Source: Eubacteriales bacterium
GTDB lineage: Bacteria > Bacillota > Clostridia > Oscillospirales > CAG-272
Length of the DNA stretch: 64,000 nucleotides
Assembly: GCA_045538895.1 (NCBI GenBank)
Contig: JAZQEH010000013.1
Location: 1,496 to 65,495, forward strand
Direction: 5' to 3'
Below are positions 9,255 to 18,676 of the stretch, piece after piece (the first letter of the stretch is position 1; every line of letters begins with the position of its first letter). The position numbers and the translations under genes are program-made. The notes beneath the pieces were generated by a model. The model saw only the letters and a list, made by a program, of their open reading frames with translations, had not been told where the DNA came from and did no database searches.

Positions 9255-10578
9255 AATGGAAAATACAAAAAGAAAGTTTCTTGATACGCTTGACAGTTTC
9301 GCCCTTGACGGCGGAGTGCTTGTTGCCTTAAGCGGCGGTGCTGACTCGGTTTGCCTGCTTGACCTTTTTCTGGAAAGCGGCTTTGCATTCCCCGTTGCGG
9401 CGGCTCACCTCAACCACAATCTGAGAGGCGAGGAAGCCTTGCGTGATGAGAATTTTTGCAAGGAATTTTGCGAAAAGCGTGGGGTAAAGCTATTTATAGG
9501 AAGTGTGGATGTAAATGCACTTGCCAGGGAAAGCGGAAAAGGGATTGAGGAAGCGGCAAGAAGTGCAAGATATGAATTTTTGCAGAGCATTCTCAATGAA
9601 AATCATGAGTTTTCATATATTGCAACCGCACATAATAAAGGCGATCTGTGCGAAACGGTGCTGCTTAACCTTGCAAGAGGAACCTCTCTTGACGGCTTGT
9701 GTGCGATTCCAAAACGCAGAGGCAGTATTATCCGTCCTGTTTTGGGCATCAGCCGTGATGAGATACTTGTCTATAACCGTGCAAGAGGGCTTGAGTTTAT
9801 TACCGACTCGACAAATCTTGACACAAAATACAGCCGTAACCGTGTAAGACTTGATATTTTGCCCGAGTTCAAAAAGCTCTGCAACGGCTATGAAGAAAAC
9901 TTCGAGCGTACCGTAGGGTTGCTTCGCCGTGACTGCGATTACTTGAACGAAGAGGCAAAACGGAAGTATGCAGAGGTTGTTTCGCACGGTGCTTTGTACA
10001 CCGAAAAAGCACAGAATATTCACATTTCAATACTTTCACGTATTGTAAAAATGCTGTATAATTATCATGGGGCTATTGATGTAAGCGAGGCTTATATTGA
10101 TGCGATCTGCAAAAAGATATATGCAGGCGACAAAAACTTCAGGATTTCCGTACACGGCTTTACGGCACTTTGCGAAAGAGGCATACTCACCTTTGTTGAA
10201 GAGCTTCCGACGGTGAGCGACTTCTGCTTTGATATTGAAATCGGAAAAAGCGTAAAACTGCCTTTAGGTACGGTTGTTACGCTGACCGAGGAAAAGTGCG
10301 ACGGTGCATATCCGCTTAAGATGGAAGCACTTTCGGGTAAACTTACGGTACGCAGCCGAAATGACGGTGACAGTATAAGAATTTTCAGAAAAACGCACAA
10401 AATCAAACGTGTGATTTCGGACAAAAAGCTTTCCGCAAAGGAAAAATCAAAACTGTTTTTTCTGTGTTCCGACGGAGAGATAATATATTCAAATATACCT
10501 GCCGTGGCAGACAGTGCGTTCTGCCGCACGGGTGACAGATGCATTTATATCACAGTAAAGGAAGAAGACGTTTTATGA
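9247..10578 (+). CDS. tilS: tRNA(Ile)-lysidine synthetase
   Basis: PP-loop ALSGGADSVCLL and the tilS-hpt-ftsH order. Start could be the ATG at 9256. Confidence 0.9.
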   Translation: MRKMENTKRKFLDTLDSFALDGGVLVALSGGADSVCLLDLFLESGFAFPVAAAHLNHNLRGEEALRDENFCKEFCEKRGVKLFIGSVDVNALARESGKGIEEAARSARYEFLQSILNENHEFSYIATAHNKGDLCETVLLNLARGTSLDGLCAIPKRRGSIIRPVLGISRDEILVYNRARGLEFITDSTNLDTKYSRNRVRLDILPEFKKLCNGYEENFERTVGLLRRDCDYLNEEAKRKYAEVVSHGALYTEKAQNIHISILSRIVKMLYNYHGAIDVSEAYIDAICKKIYAGDKNFRISVHGFTALCERGILTFVEELPTVSDFCFDIEIGKSVKLPLGTVVTLTEEKCDGAYPLKMEALSGKLTVRSRNDGDSIRIFRKTHKIKRVISDKKLSAKEKSKLFFLCSDGEIIYSNIPAVADSAFCRTGDRCIYITVKEEDVL

Positions 10579-11123
10579 GCAACGATATTTTGAAAGTCCT
10601 TGTCAGCGAAAAGGAAATTGAGGACGTAACAAGTAAACTCGCATCGCAGATTGACCGTGACTATGCAAACAGCAATGGCAGACTCGTGCTTCTCGGCATA
10701 CTTAAAGGATCGGTTCCGTTTTTAGCGGAGCTTATGAAAAAAATCAAATCGAATCCCGAAATTGAGTTCATGAAGGTTTCTTCTTACGGAAGAGGAACAA
10801 AATCAAGCGGTTCGGTAAAAATCATTCTCGACTGGCAAAGAGAGAACATTGAGGAATGCGACATCATTGTTGTTGAGGATATCATTGACAGCGGAAGAAC
10901 GCTTTCCTATCTTTGTCAGTATTTGAAGCAAAAGGGTGCCAAAAGCGTTAAAACCTGTACGCTTTTGGATAAACCGTCACGCAGAGAGGTTGACTTTGTC
11001 CCCGATTACTGCGGAGTAGAGGTGCCTGATGAGTTCGTTGTTGGCTTTGGTCTTGACTACGACGAGCGTTACAGAGCACTGCCGTACATAGGAGTTCTAA
11101 ATCCCAAGGTTTACGAAAACTAA
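10575..11123 (+). CDS. hpt: Hypoxanthine phosphoribosyltransferase
   Basis: PRPP motif IIVVEDIIDSGRTL. The start ATG overlaps the tilS stop (ATGA). The longer track ORF from 10539 is rejected. Confidence 0.9.
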   Translation: MSNDILKVLVSEKEIEDVTSKLASQIDRDYANSNGRLVLLGILKGSVPFLAELMKKIKSNPEIEFMKVSSYGRGTKSSGSVKIILDWQRENIEECDIIVVEDIIDSGRTLSYLCQYLKQKGAKSVKTCTLLDKPSRREVDFVPDYCGVEVPDEFVVGFGLDYDERYRALPYIGVLNPKVYEN

Positions 11124-11181
11124 AATCAGGATACACTAAACACAGCACTTTATATTCCCGTGCGGAAAGGCTTGGTACTAC

Positions 11182-13185
11182 ATGAATAAAAACTTAAAGG
11201 TGATTATCGGATACGTTCTGGTAATTGCCGTAATTCTGTATGTTGGTGCGAACATGCTCGGTCTTGGACCCGAGGAGGACCCGATATACAGTGACATCAT
11301 CAGTTATTTTGAAAACGGCGAGGTTGAAACCTTTGAGATCTCCGCATCCAACGAGCTTAAAATAACGCTCAAGGAGAAAATCGAGGGTACGGACAAAAAT
11401 AAAGAGGTATACTATCTGCTTCGTGATGCAGGCTACTTTATGGAGAGCATCAAGGAGTATATTGACGGAATGGAATACGATATCCCCGGTGCAAAGACGT
11501 CGTGGTGGGTTGCGTTCGTTCCTTATATAATAATGATTGTCGTTTTTGCATTCCTCTGGTTCTTTATCATGCGCCAGATGAACGGTCAGGGCGGCAAGAT
11601 TGGCAACTTTGGCAGAGCACGTGTTAAACTCGGCTCGGACGAGAAAAAACGTGTTTTGTTCAGCGACGTTGCAGGTGCAGACGAGGAAAAAGAAGAGCTT
11701 ACCGAAATCGTTGAGTTCCTTAAAAATCCCAAGGAATTTGAGAAGCTTGGTGCAAAGATACCCCACGGTGTGCTTTTGATGGGCCCTCCCGGTACCGGTA
11801 AAACCTTGCTTGCAAAGGCAGTTGCGGGTGAAGCAAACGTGCCTTTCTACTCGATTTCCGGTTCCGACTTCGTTGAAATGTACGTCGGCGTAGGTGCATC
11901 CCGTGTGCGTGACCTGTTTGAAACCGCACGCCGTCATCCTGCGGCAATCGTATTCATTGATGAAATTGATGCGGTAGGACGTCAGCGTGGCACAGGTCTT
12001 GGCGGCGGCCATGACGAAAGAGAGCAGACTCTTAACCAGCTCCTCGTTGAGATGGACGGTTTTGGCAACGGTACAGGTATTATCGTGATCGCGGCAACCA
12101 ACCGTGCAGATATCCTTGACCCAGCACTTCTTCGTCCGGGCAGATTTGACCGTCAGATTACGGTTAACTATCCCGACCTTTACGGCAGAGAGGCTATTCT
12201 CCATGTACATGCGAGAAACAAGCCGTTTGAAAGCGACGTTAATTTTGCAACTATTGCAAAAACAACCGTTGGCTTTACAGGTGCAGACCTTGCAAACCTG
12301 CTTAACGAGGCAGCATTGCTTGCGGCTCGCCGTAAGAAGAGCCTTATCGGTATGAACGATATCGAGGATGCCATGATGAAGATTCTCATGGGACCGCAGA
12401 AACGCAGCAAGCGTATTCTTGATAAAGATAAGAAGATCACCGCTTATCACGAGGCGGGCCATGCAATTGCATCAAAAATTGTATGCCCCGAAGAAAGCGT
12501 TCATCAGATTTCTATTATTCCCGCAGGACGTGCGGCGGGCGTTACAGTTACACTCCCCAAGGAGGACTATACACATCTCACTAAAAACGAGATGGAGGCA
12601 CGTATTGTTATGCTGCTCGGCGGACGTTGTGCAGAGGCACTTATTATGGGTGACGTTTCCACAGGTGCGTCAAACGATATCGAACGTGCTACGTCCATTG
12701 CACGCAGCATGGTTACACGCTACGGCATGAGTGATATCCTTGGCCCCGTGGTTTACGGCAACGATCAGCAGAGCGTGTTCCTCGGCAGAGATTTTTCATC
12801 CTCGCAGAGCTACTCGGATAAGACTGCATCCGACATTGATGCTGAGATTCAGCGTATCGTAAAGGGTGCGTACGCAAAGGTTGAAAAAATTCTCAATGAG
12901 AACATGGATAAGCTTCACTTTATCGCCGGATTCCTCTTCAAGAACGAGGTTATGGAAGAGGATCAGTTTGAAGCGGCAATGGAAGCGGAAAATCCTGATA
13001 TGGAGGCCATTGAGGCACTCAGAAGCGAGCGTGCAAAGCGTTCGGAAATGGAGAATGCCGAGGCTAAGAAGCGTCGTGAGGCAGAGGAAGCGGAACGCCG
13101 CAAGAAAGCTGAAGAGGAAGCAGCTATCAAGGTTGATAAGCTTGTCCCAGACAGCGACGATGAACCGCCCGTTCCCAAAGATTAA
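11182..13185 (+). CDS. ftsH: ATP-dependent zinc metalloprotease FtsH
   Basis: AAA Walker [12 protein letters not shown] region, HEAGHA zinc site, Lys/Glu-rich tail. Confidence 0.95.
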   Translation: MNKNLKVIIGYVLVIAVILYVGANMLGLGPEEDPIYSDIISYFENGEVETFEISASNELKITLKEKIEGTDKNKEVYYLLRDAGYFMESIKEYIDGMEYDIPGAKTSWWVAFVPYIIMIVVFAFLWFFIMRQMNGQGGKIGNFGRARVKLGSDEKKRVLFSDVAGADEEKEELTEIVEFLKNPKEFEKLGAKIPHGVLLMGPPGTGKTLLAKAVAGEANVPFYSISGSDFVEMYVGVGASRVRDLFETARRHPAAIVFIDEIDAVGRQRGTGLGGGHDEREQTLNQLLVEMDGFGNGTGIIVIAATNRADILDPALLRPGRFDRQITVNYPDLYGREAILHVHARNKPFESDVNFATIAKTTVGFTGADLANLLNEAALLAARRKKSLIGMNDIEDAMMKILMGPQKRSKRILDKDKKITAYHEAGHAIASKIVCPEESVHQISIIPAGRAAGVTVTLPKEDYTHLTKNEMEARIVMLLGGRCAEALIMGDVSTGASNDIERATSIARSMVTRYGMSDILGPVVYGNDQQSVFLGRDFSSSQSYSDKTASDIDAEIQRIVKGAYAKVEKILNENMDKLHFIAGFLFKNEVMEEDQFEAAMEAENPDMEAIEALRSERAKRSEMENAEAKKRREAEEAERRKKAEEEAAIKVDKLVPDSDDEPPVPKD

Positions 13186-13195
13186 TATTTAAAAA

Positions 13196-13492
13196 TAGCA
13201 TTGCGTTACAACGCAATGCTATTAAGAGTGCTGACAAACACGTCAGACCGCAAGTAAGAATAAAAGCAAAGCTAATAAATAGAAATAATTTTCCACTTTG
13301 CGTTAAAACAAAATGCGGCAAGGGCATAAAAAGCCCTTGCCGTTACTTGCTTTTTCGGATTTTTGTCTCTACCGTACACATGTACGCCGACGAAACAAAA
13401 ATCCAAAAATCTGCCTGTGTTTCTCAGCCTCTACTCAGCATGATGACTTTGTCATCATGCTGAGTAGCATTGCGTTACAACGCAATGCTATT
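13196..13492 (+). repeat. T element (241 bp, 13224-13464) with flanking 28-bp perfect direct repeats that duplicate the ftsH terminator hairpin
   Basis: TAGCATTGCGTTACAACGCAATGCTATT occurs at 13196-13223 and 13465-13492. The interior matches the reverse complement of 29868-30107. Confidence 0.85.
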
Positions 13493-13592
13493 TTTTTAAT
13501 ATGTGCTGAAAGATGAAAATGTAAGGATTACGTTTCCTGATTTAATTCTTAAATATCATTCTTCCCTACAATGATTTGTGCATAGCCGTAAC

Positions 13593-13767
13593 ATAAATTA
13601 ATATTTATATTATTAAGGCCCCCTTGCCTAAAGGGGGCTGTCGTGCTTGCCACGACTGGGGGATACGTTCCAAAAACATTGAAAACACTGCTTTTTACGT
13701 ATCCCTCCACCGCTAACGCGGTCCCCCTCCCTTTAGGCAAGGGAGGCAATGTAATCAATAATTTATC
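13593..13767 (+). repeat. MITE-like element, shared-TIR family, core G
   Basis: Ends are ATAAATTAATATTTAT and AATCAATAATTTAT. The interior contains GCCCCC-loop-GGGGGC followed by TGTCGTG-CTTGC-CACGAC. Confidence 0.7.
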
Positions 13768-13904
13768 TAATCAACAACCGGCACGGAGTTTGTATATTCT
13801 TTCATCGAATTGCAAGTTTTTCAGAAAACACGTTCACATTTCTTGCAAAAATCAGCAATATTTTCAAAAAATAGCACGTTTTTTGAACTTTTTTTGTTTT
13901 TCTC

Positions 13905-13933
13905 TTGCATTTTTTGAATAGTTATGATAGAAT
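13905..13933 (+). promoter_or_regulatory. Sigma-A-type promoter candidate for the aconitase operon
   Basis: TTGCAT, 17 nt, TAGAAT, about 40 nt upstream of the start codon. Confidence 0.45.
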
Positions 13934-13972
13934 TTTACCATTCACCTTTATATCCCGCAGGAGGACACACAA

Positions 13973-15892
13973 ATGGGACTTACTTTAACCGAAAAAATAC
14001 TTAAATCGCACATCGTTGACGGTGAATTTGTAAAAGGTACCGAAATCGGTATCCGCATTGACCAGACACTCACCCAGGACGCTACCGGTACCATGGCATA
14101 TCTCGAATTTGAGGCTATGGGCATTCCGAGAGTAAAAACAGAGCGTTCTGTTGCATATATTGACCATAACACACTCCAGAACGGCTTTGAAAACGCAGAC
14201 GACCACCGCTTTATCGGCTCTGTTGCGAAAAAACACGGCATTTACTTCAGCCGTCCAGGCAACGGTATCTGCCATCAGGTGCACCTTGAACGCTTCGGTG
14301 CCCCCGGCAAGACCCTTATCGGCTCGGACAGTCACACCCCCACGGGCGGCGGTCTCGGTATGATCGCAATTGGTGCAGGCGGTCTTGACGTTGCAGTTGC
14401 GATGGGCGGCGGTGCTTATTACATTACATATCCCAAGATTGTTAAAATCGAACTTGTTGGGAAGCTTCGCCCTTGGGTTGCCGCTAAAGACGTTATTTTA
14501 GAGGTTCTCCGCCGTCTGTCAGTTAAGGGCGGTGTCGGCAAGGTTATGGAATACGTAGGCGAAGGTGTTAAGACCCTCTCCGTACCGGAACGTGCAACCA
14601 TCACAAACATGGGTGCAGAGCTTGGTGCAACCACATCAATTTTCCCATCCGATGAAATTACTCTTGAATTTCTAAAGGCCCAGGGACGTGAGGACGTTTA
14701 CACACCTCTTTCGGCTGATGCAGATGCAGTTTACGATGAAGAAATCGTAATCGACCTTTCCGCACTCACTCCCATGGCGGCATGCCCTCACTCACCCGAC
14801 AACGTAAAGAGCGTAGAAGAACTCGGCAAGATGAAAATAGATCAGGTTTGTATCGGCTCCTGCACAAACTCCTCGCTCGCCGACATGATGAAGGTTGCCT
14901 ACATTCTCAAAGGAAAAACCGTTCATCCCGATGTTTCACTCTCTATTGCACCCGGCTCAAAGCAGGTACTTAACATGCTTGCCGAAAACGGTGCGCTTGC
15001 CGACATGATCGCAGCAGGTGCAAGAGTGCTTGAAAGTGCTTGCGGCCCCTGCATCGGCATGGGACAGTCGCCGAATTCCGGCGGTATCTCACTCCGCACA
15101 TTCAACCGTAACTTCCTCGGCAGAAGCGGCACAAAAGATGCACAGGTTTACCTCGTTTCCCCCGAGGTTGCGGCTCTTTCCGCAATTAACGGCTACCTCT
15201 CAAATCCCGAAACTCTCGGTGACATGCCAAAAATTGAAATGCCCGAGAAGTTCCTTATAAATGACAATATGATCGAACTTCCTGCCCCCGAAAGCGAGGC
15301 AGACAAGGTAGAAATCCTCCGTGGTCCGAACATCAAGCCCTTCCCCGAAACCTATCCGCTTGAAAACGATATTTCCTGCAAGGTTTCGCTCAAGGTCGAG
15401 GACAACATCACCACCGACCATATCATGCCGGCGGGTGCAAAAATTCTTCCGCTCCGCTCCAACATCCCCGAAATTTCAAAGCACTGCTTTGCGGTTTGTG
15501 ATGAAAACTTCCCGTCCCGTGCAAAGACTTTGGGCAAGAGTGTTATCGTTGGAGGTGCAAACTACGGTCAGGGCTCTTCACGTGAGCATGCTGCTCTCGC
15601 TCCCCTTTACCTTGGTGTCAAGGCGGTTATCACCAAGAGCTTTGCACGTATTCATGCGGCAAATCTTATCAACGCAGGTATTATGCCGCTCACCTTTGTA
15701 AATCCCGATGATTATGACAAAGTCAGCGAGGGCGACGATATCCGCCTCGAAAACGTATTTGATGCAGTTAAAAACGGCAGAATGACCATGACAGTAAACG
15801 GTGAGAGCATCGAACTCGAATGTGCATACACCGACCGTCAGATCGACATTCTCAAAGCCGGCGGACTTCTGCCTTATACAAAACAGAATTAA
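13973..15892 (+). CDS. Aconitate hydratase
   Basis: 639 aa with aconitase Fe-S ligand regions (IGSDSHT, GSCTNSS, CGPCIGMGQ) and a swivel domain. Confidence 0.9.
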   Translation: MGLTLTEKILKSHIVDGEFVKGTEIGIRIDQTLTQDATGTMAYLEFEAMGIPRVKTERSVAYIDHNTLQNGFENADDHRFIGSVAKKHGIYFSRPGNGICHQVHLERFGAPGKTLIGSDSHTPTGGGLGMIAIGAGGLDVAVAMGGGAYYITYPKIVKIELVGKLRPWVAAKDVILEVLRRLSVKGGVGKVMEYVGEGVKTLSVPERATITNMGAELGATTSIFPSDEITLEFLKAQGREDVYTPLSADADAVYDEEIVIDLSALTPMAACPHSPDNVKSVEELGKMKIDQVCIGSCTNSSLADMMKVAYILKGKTVHPDVSLSIAPGSKQVLNMLAENGALADMIAAGARVLESACGPCIGMGQSPNSGGISLRTFNRNFLGRSGTKDAQVYLVSPEVAALSAINGYLSNPETLGDMPKIEMPEKFLINDNMIELPAPESEADKVEILRGPNIKPFPETYPLENDISCKVSLKVEDNITTDHIMPAGAKILPLRSNIPEISKHCFAVCDENFPSRAKTLGKSVIVGGANYGQGSSREHAALAPLYLGVKAVITKSFARIHAANLINAGIMPLTFVNPDDYDKVSEGDDIRLENVFDAVKNGRMTMTVNGESIELECAYTDRQIDILKAGGLLPYTKQN

Positions 15893-16048
15893 GGGAACGG
15901 AAGAATGCAGGAACCTTTTAAGGAAAGGTTCCTGCACCTCCAAACCTTTTTGAAAAAAGATATATGTGTAGCCATGGCTACTTATAAAATATTTTACAGT
16001 TTTTCTTTGGTTCTTTCTTCTTAAGAAAGAACACTCCTATTCTAATTT
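15893..16048 (+). repeat. MITE-like element, core A, fills the aconitase-IDH spacer (left TIR degenerate)
   Basis: A 46-nt run AAATATTTTACAGTTTTTCTTTGGTTCTTTCTTCTTAAGAAAGAAC is identical to the copy at 2208-2389. Confidence 0.8.
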
Positions 16049-16061
16049 AAAGGAACTTACT

Positions 16062-17219
16062 ATGGATAATTATATAAAAAATGCTACCGAGCAGTTTGAA
16101 GTACTGCTCCGTGAACAGATTGCAAGAACAGAAAAAATGGCAGAGCTTTCAAAGCCTGTTGACTACGCTTCTCTTGACACGCTCATTATCGGTGTGTGCG
16201 ACGGTGACGGCATCGGTCCCATCATCTGCAGAGAGGCTGTACGTGTGCTCGAATATCTCCTCAAAGACAAAATAGCAAGCGGCAAGGTTGAAATCCGCCG
16301 CATTGAGGGACTTACTCTTGAAAACCGCATTGCAAAAGAAAAGAGCATCCCCGATGACGTGCTTGCGGCAATCAAGGAATGTCACGTACTGCTCAAAGGC
16401 CCTACCACAACTCCCAAGGGCGGCACCGGTGCAAAGGAGCTTGAAAGTGCCAACGTTGCACTCCGCCGTGAGCTTGACCTTTTTGCAAACGTCCGCCCCG
16501 TATGCGTGCCCGAACTTGGCATTGACTGGACGTTCTACCGTGAAAACACCGAGGGTGAATACGTACTCGGCAGCCGTGGCGTTGAAATTCCCGACGTGCT
16601 ATGTTGCGACTTCAAGGTTACAACCGACCTTGGCACAGAAAGAATCGCACGTGCCGCATACGAGTTTGCAAGAAACAACGGCAAAAAGAATGTATCAATC
16701 GTAACAAAAGCTAATATAATGAAGAAAACCGACGGCAAATTTGCACGTATCTGCCGTCAGCTTGCAGAAAAAGAATACCCCGAGCTTTGCCTTGAGGACT
16801 GGTATATCGACATTATGGCGGCAAACCTCGTCAACCCTGCCATACGCTCAAAATTTGAGGTTTTCGTACTCCCCAACCTCTACGGTGATATCATCACCGA
16901 CGAAGCCGCACAGATTCAAGGCGGTGTAGGCACCGCAGGCAGTGCAAACGTCGGCGGCAGATACGCAATGTTCGAGGCAATTCACGGCTCGGCACCCCGT
17001 ATGATAGAAGAGGGCATCGGCGAATATGCAAACCCCTCCAGCATTTTCAAAGCGGTTGAAATGCTGCTCCGCCACGTTGGTTATGCGGCAGAAGCCGAAA
17101 AACTTGCTGATGCAATGAAAATCTGCACCGCAGACGATGCCAAAGTCAAGGTAACGGGCGACCGTGACGGTGCAACCTGTGCCGAATTTTCGGATTACCT
17201 TTTCGCTACAATTCAGTAA
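16062..17219 (+). CDS. Isocitrate/isopropylmalate dehydrogenase family protein, probably isocitrate dehydrogenase
   Basis: 385 aa, family motifs (NLYGDIITDEAAQIQGGVG). It lies between aconitase and citrate synthase. Confidence 0.8.
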   Translation: MDNYIKNATEQFEVLLREQIARTEKMAELSKPVDYASLDTLIIGVCDGDGIGPIICREAVRVLEYLLKDKIASGKVEIRRIEGLTLENRIAKEKSIPDDVLAAIKECHVLLKGPTTTPKGGTGAKELESANVALRRELDLFANVRPVCVPELGIDWTFYRENTEGEYVLGSRGVEIPDVLCCDFKVTTDLGTERIARAAYEFARNNGKKNVSIVTKANIMKKTDGKFARICRQLAEKEYPELCLEDWYIDIMAANLVNPAIRSKFEVFVLPNLYGDIITDEAAQIQGGVGTAGSANVGGRYAMFEAIHGSAPRMIEEGIGEYANPSSIFKAVEMLLRHVGYAAEAEKLADAMKICTADDAKVKVTGDRDGATCAEFSDYLFATIQ

Positions 17220-17232
17220 AGGAGCGTTTTTA

Positions 17233-18582
17233 TTGTCCACATTTTCCTATATTAACGACCTCGCAAGCAAATGCGTGGAAAACAACAACATTGAAGCCGA
17301 CCAATATACAAAATACGATGTAAAACGAGGACTCCGTGACCAATCGGGAAAGGGCGTGCTTACAGGCCTTACCGAGGTATCGTCAATACACGGTACCAAA
17401 GAAGAAATGGGCTCAAAGGAGTACTGCGACGGTGAACTCCGTTACCGTGGTGTCGATATCCGCGACCTTACAGACGGAATTTCGGCAGAGCATCGTTTCG
17501 GCTTTGAGGAAACCATTTACCTTTTGCTTATCGGCAAGCTTCCGACAGAATCCGAACTTAAAGAGTTCACTTCCCTGCTTGCGGCTTACCGTACGCTGCC
17601 CGAAAACTTTGTGCGTGACATCATCATGCATGCCCCCTCGGATGACCTTATGAATCTGCTCACTCGAAGTGTGCTTTCGCTCTATTCCTACGACAAAAAC
17701 GCAAATGACACGTCAATCCCAAACGTAATGGCACAGTGTCTGCAGCTCATCTCGGTTCTTCCAATGATAACCATTTATTCCTATCACTCATACAACCACT
17801 TTATAAAGGGGCACTCGCTTTTCATCAACAATCCCTCGTCACGCCGCTCCATGGCTGAAAACATTCTGCTCATGCTCCGCCGTGACAAAAAGTATACCGA
17901 GCTTGAAGCACGTATACTCGATATTGCACTCATGCTTCATGCCGAGCATGGCGGCGGTAACAACTCAACCTTTACAAATCACGTTGTAACCTCGTCAGGC
18001 ACCGACACGTATTCTGCAATGGCGGCTTCGCTTTGCTCGCTCAAAGGCCCTCGCCATGGCGGCGCAAACATCAAAGTAACACAGATGTTTGCTGACATAA
18101 AGGAACACATTGAGGATTGGACAAATGAAGAAGAGATTACCGCTTACCTTAACAAAATCCTCGACAAGCAGGCATTTGACCGCAAAGGACTCATCTACGG
18201 CATCGGCCATGCGGTTTACACCATGTCCGACCCACGTGCCATCATTTTAAAGAAGCAGGTTGAACAGCTTTCGCACGAAAAAGGCAGACATGACGAGTTT
18301 GAGCTTTATGCAAAAATTGAAAAAATTGCACCCAAGCTGCTCTATGAACGTCAGCAGGGACGCAAGCCCATCTGCGCAAACGTAGATTTTTACAGCGGTT
18401 TTCTTTATTCAATGCTCGGCATACCCGAGGAGCTTATCACACCTCTTTTTGCGATTGCACGAATCGCAGGCTGGAGTGCTCACCGAATGGAAGAGCTCAT
18501 CAACAACGGCAAAATCATCCGTCCTGCATATATGGGTGTCCAGCCCGACTGCGAATACATTCCGCTTGCACACAGAAAATAA
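17233..18582 (+). CDS. Citrate synthase (classical Si-type family)
   Basis: LHAEHGGGNNSTF, GPRHGGAN and GIGHAVY motifs. TTG start at 17233 sits behind AAGGAG. The longer track ORF from 17164 overlaps icd and is rejected. Confidence 0.85.
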   Translation: MSTFSYINDLASKCVENNNIEADQYTKYDVKRGLRDQSGKGVLTGLTEVSSIHGTKEEMGSKEYCDGELRYRGVDIRDLTDGISAEHRFGFEETIYLLLIGKLPTESELKEFTSLLAAYRTLPENFVRDIIMHAPSDDLMNLLTRSVLSLYSYDKNANDTSIPNVMAQCLQLISVLPMITIYSYHSYNHFIKGHSLFINNPSSRRSMAENILLMLRRDKKYTELEARILDIALMLHAEHGGGNNSTFTNHVVTSSGTDTYSAMAASLCSLKGPRHGGANIKVTQMFADIKEHIEDWTNEEEITAYLNKILDKQAFDRKGLIYGIGHAVYTMSDPRAIILKKQVEQLSHEKGRHDEFELYAKIEKIAPKLLYERQQGRKPICANVDFYSGFLYSMLGIPEELITPLFAIARIAGWSAHRMEELINNGKIIRPAYMGVQPDCEYIPLAHRK

Positions 18583-18583
18583 C

Positions 18584-18617
18584 AAAAAATATGAAGCCAC
18601 CGGGCTTCATATTTTTT
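18584..18617 (+). terminator. Intrinsic terminator after citrate synthase
   Basis: AAAAAATATGAAGCC-ACCG-GGCTTCATATTTTTT. Confidence 0.8.
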
Positions 18618-18618
18618 G

Positions 18619-18647
18619 TTGACATCAATTAATAAAAATGATATTAT
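18619..18647 (+). promoter_or_regulatory. Sigma-A-type promoter candidate for ycaO
   Basis: TTGACA, 17 nt, TATTAT with TGn extension. Confidence 0.5.
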
Positions 18648-18676
18648 AGAATAAATATTATTCAAGGAGAATAAGC

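Noticed and set aside
11194-12462. 422-aa ORF antisense to ftsH.
   Set aside because: It is a shadow ORF of a strongly conserved gene. It has no SD, an odd Cys/Val/Phe-rich composition and no recognisable motif. The ftsH frame explains the region completely.
13196-13492. Possible CRISPR-like array, because palindromic 25-28-bp units are repeated.
   Set aside because: There are only two units per locus, separated by a 240-bp repeated insert rather than unique 30-40-bp spacers. The units differ between loci, and no cas genes lie in the window.
13313-13516. Conserved 67/69-aa ORF pair (also 29808-30017) inside the T elements, which could be read as a mobile small protein.
   Set aside because: The similarity only mirrors the 91-nt identical DNA run. 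The differences are not biased to synonymous sites, there is no SD, and both ORFs run out into non-homologous flanks.
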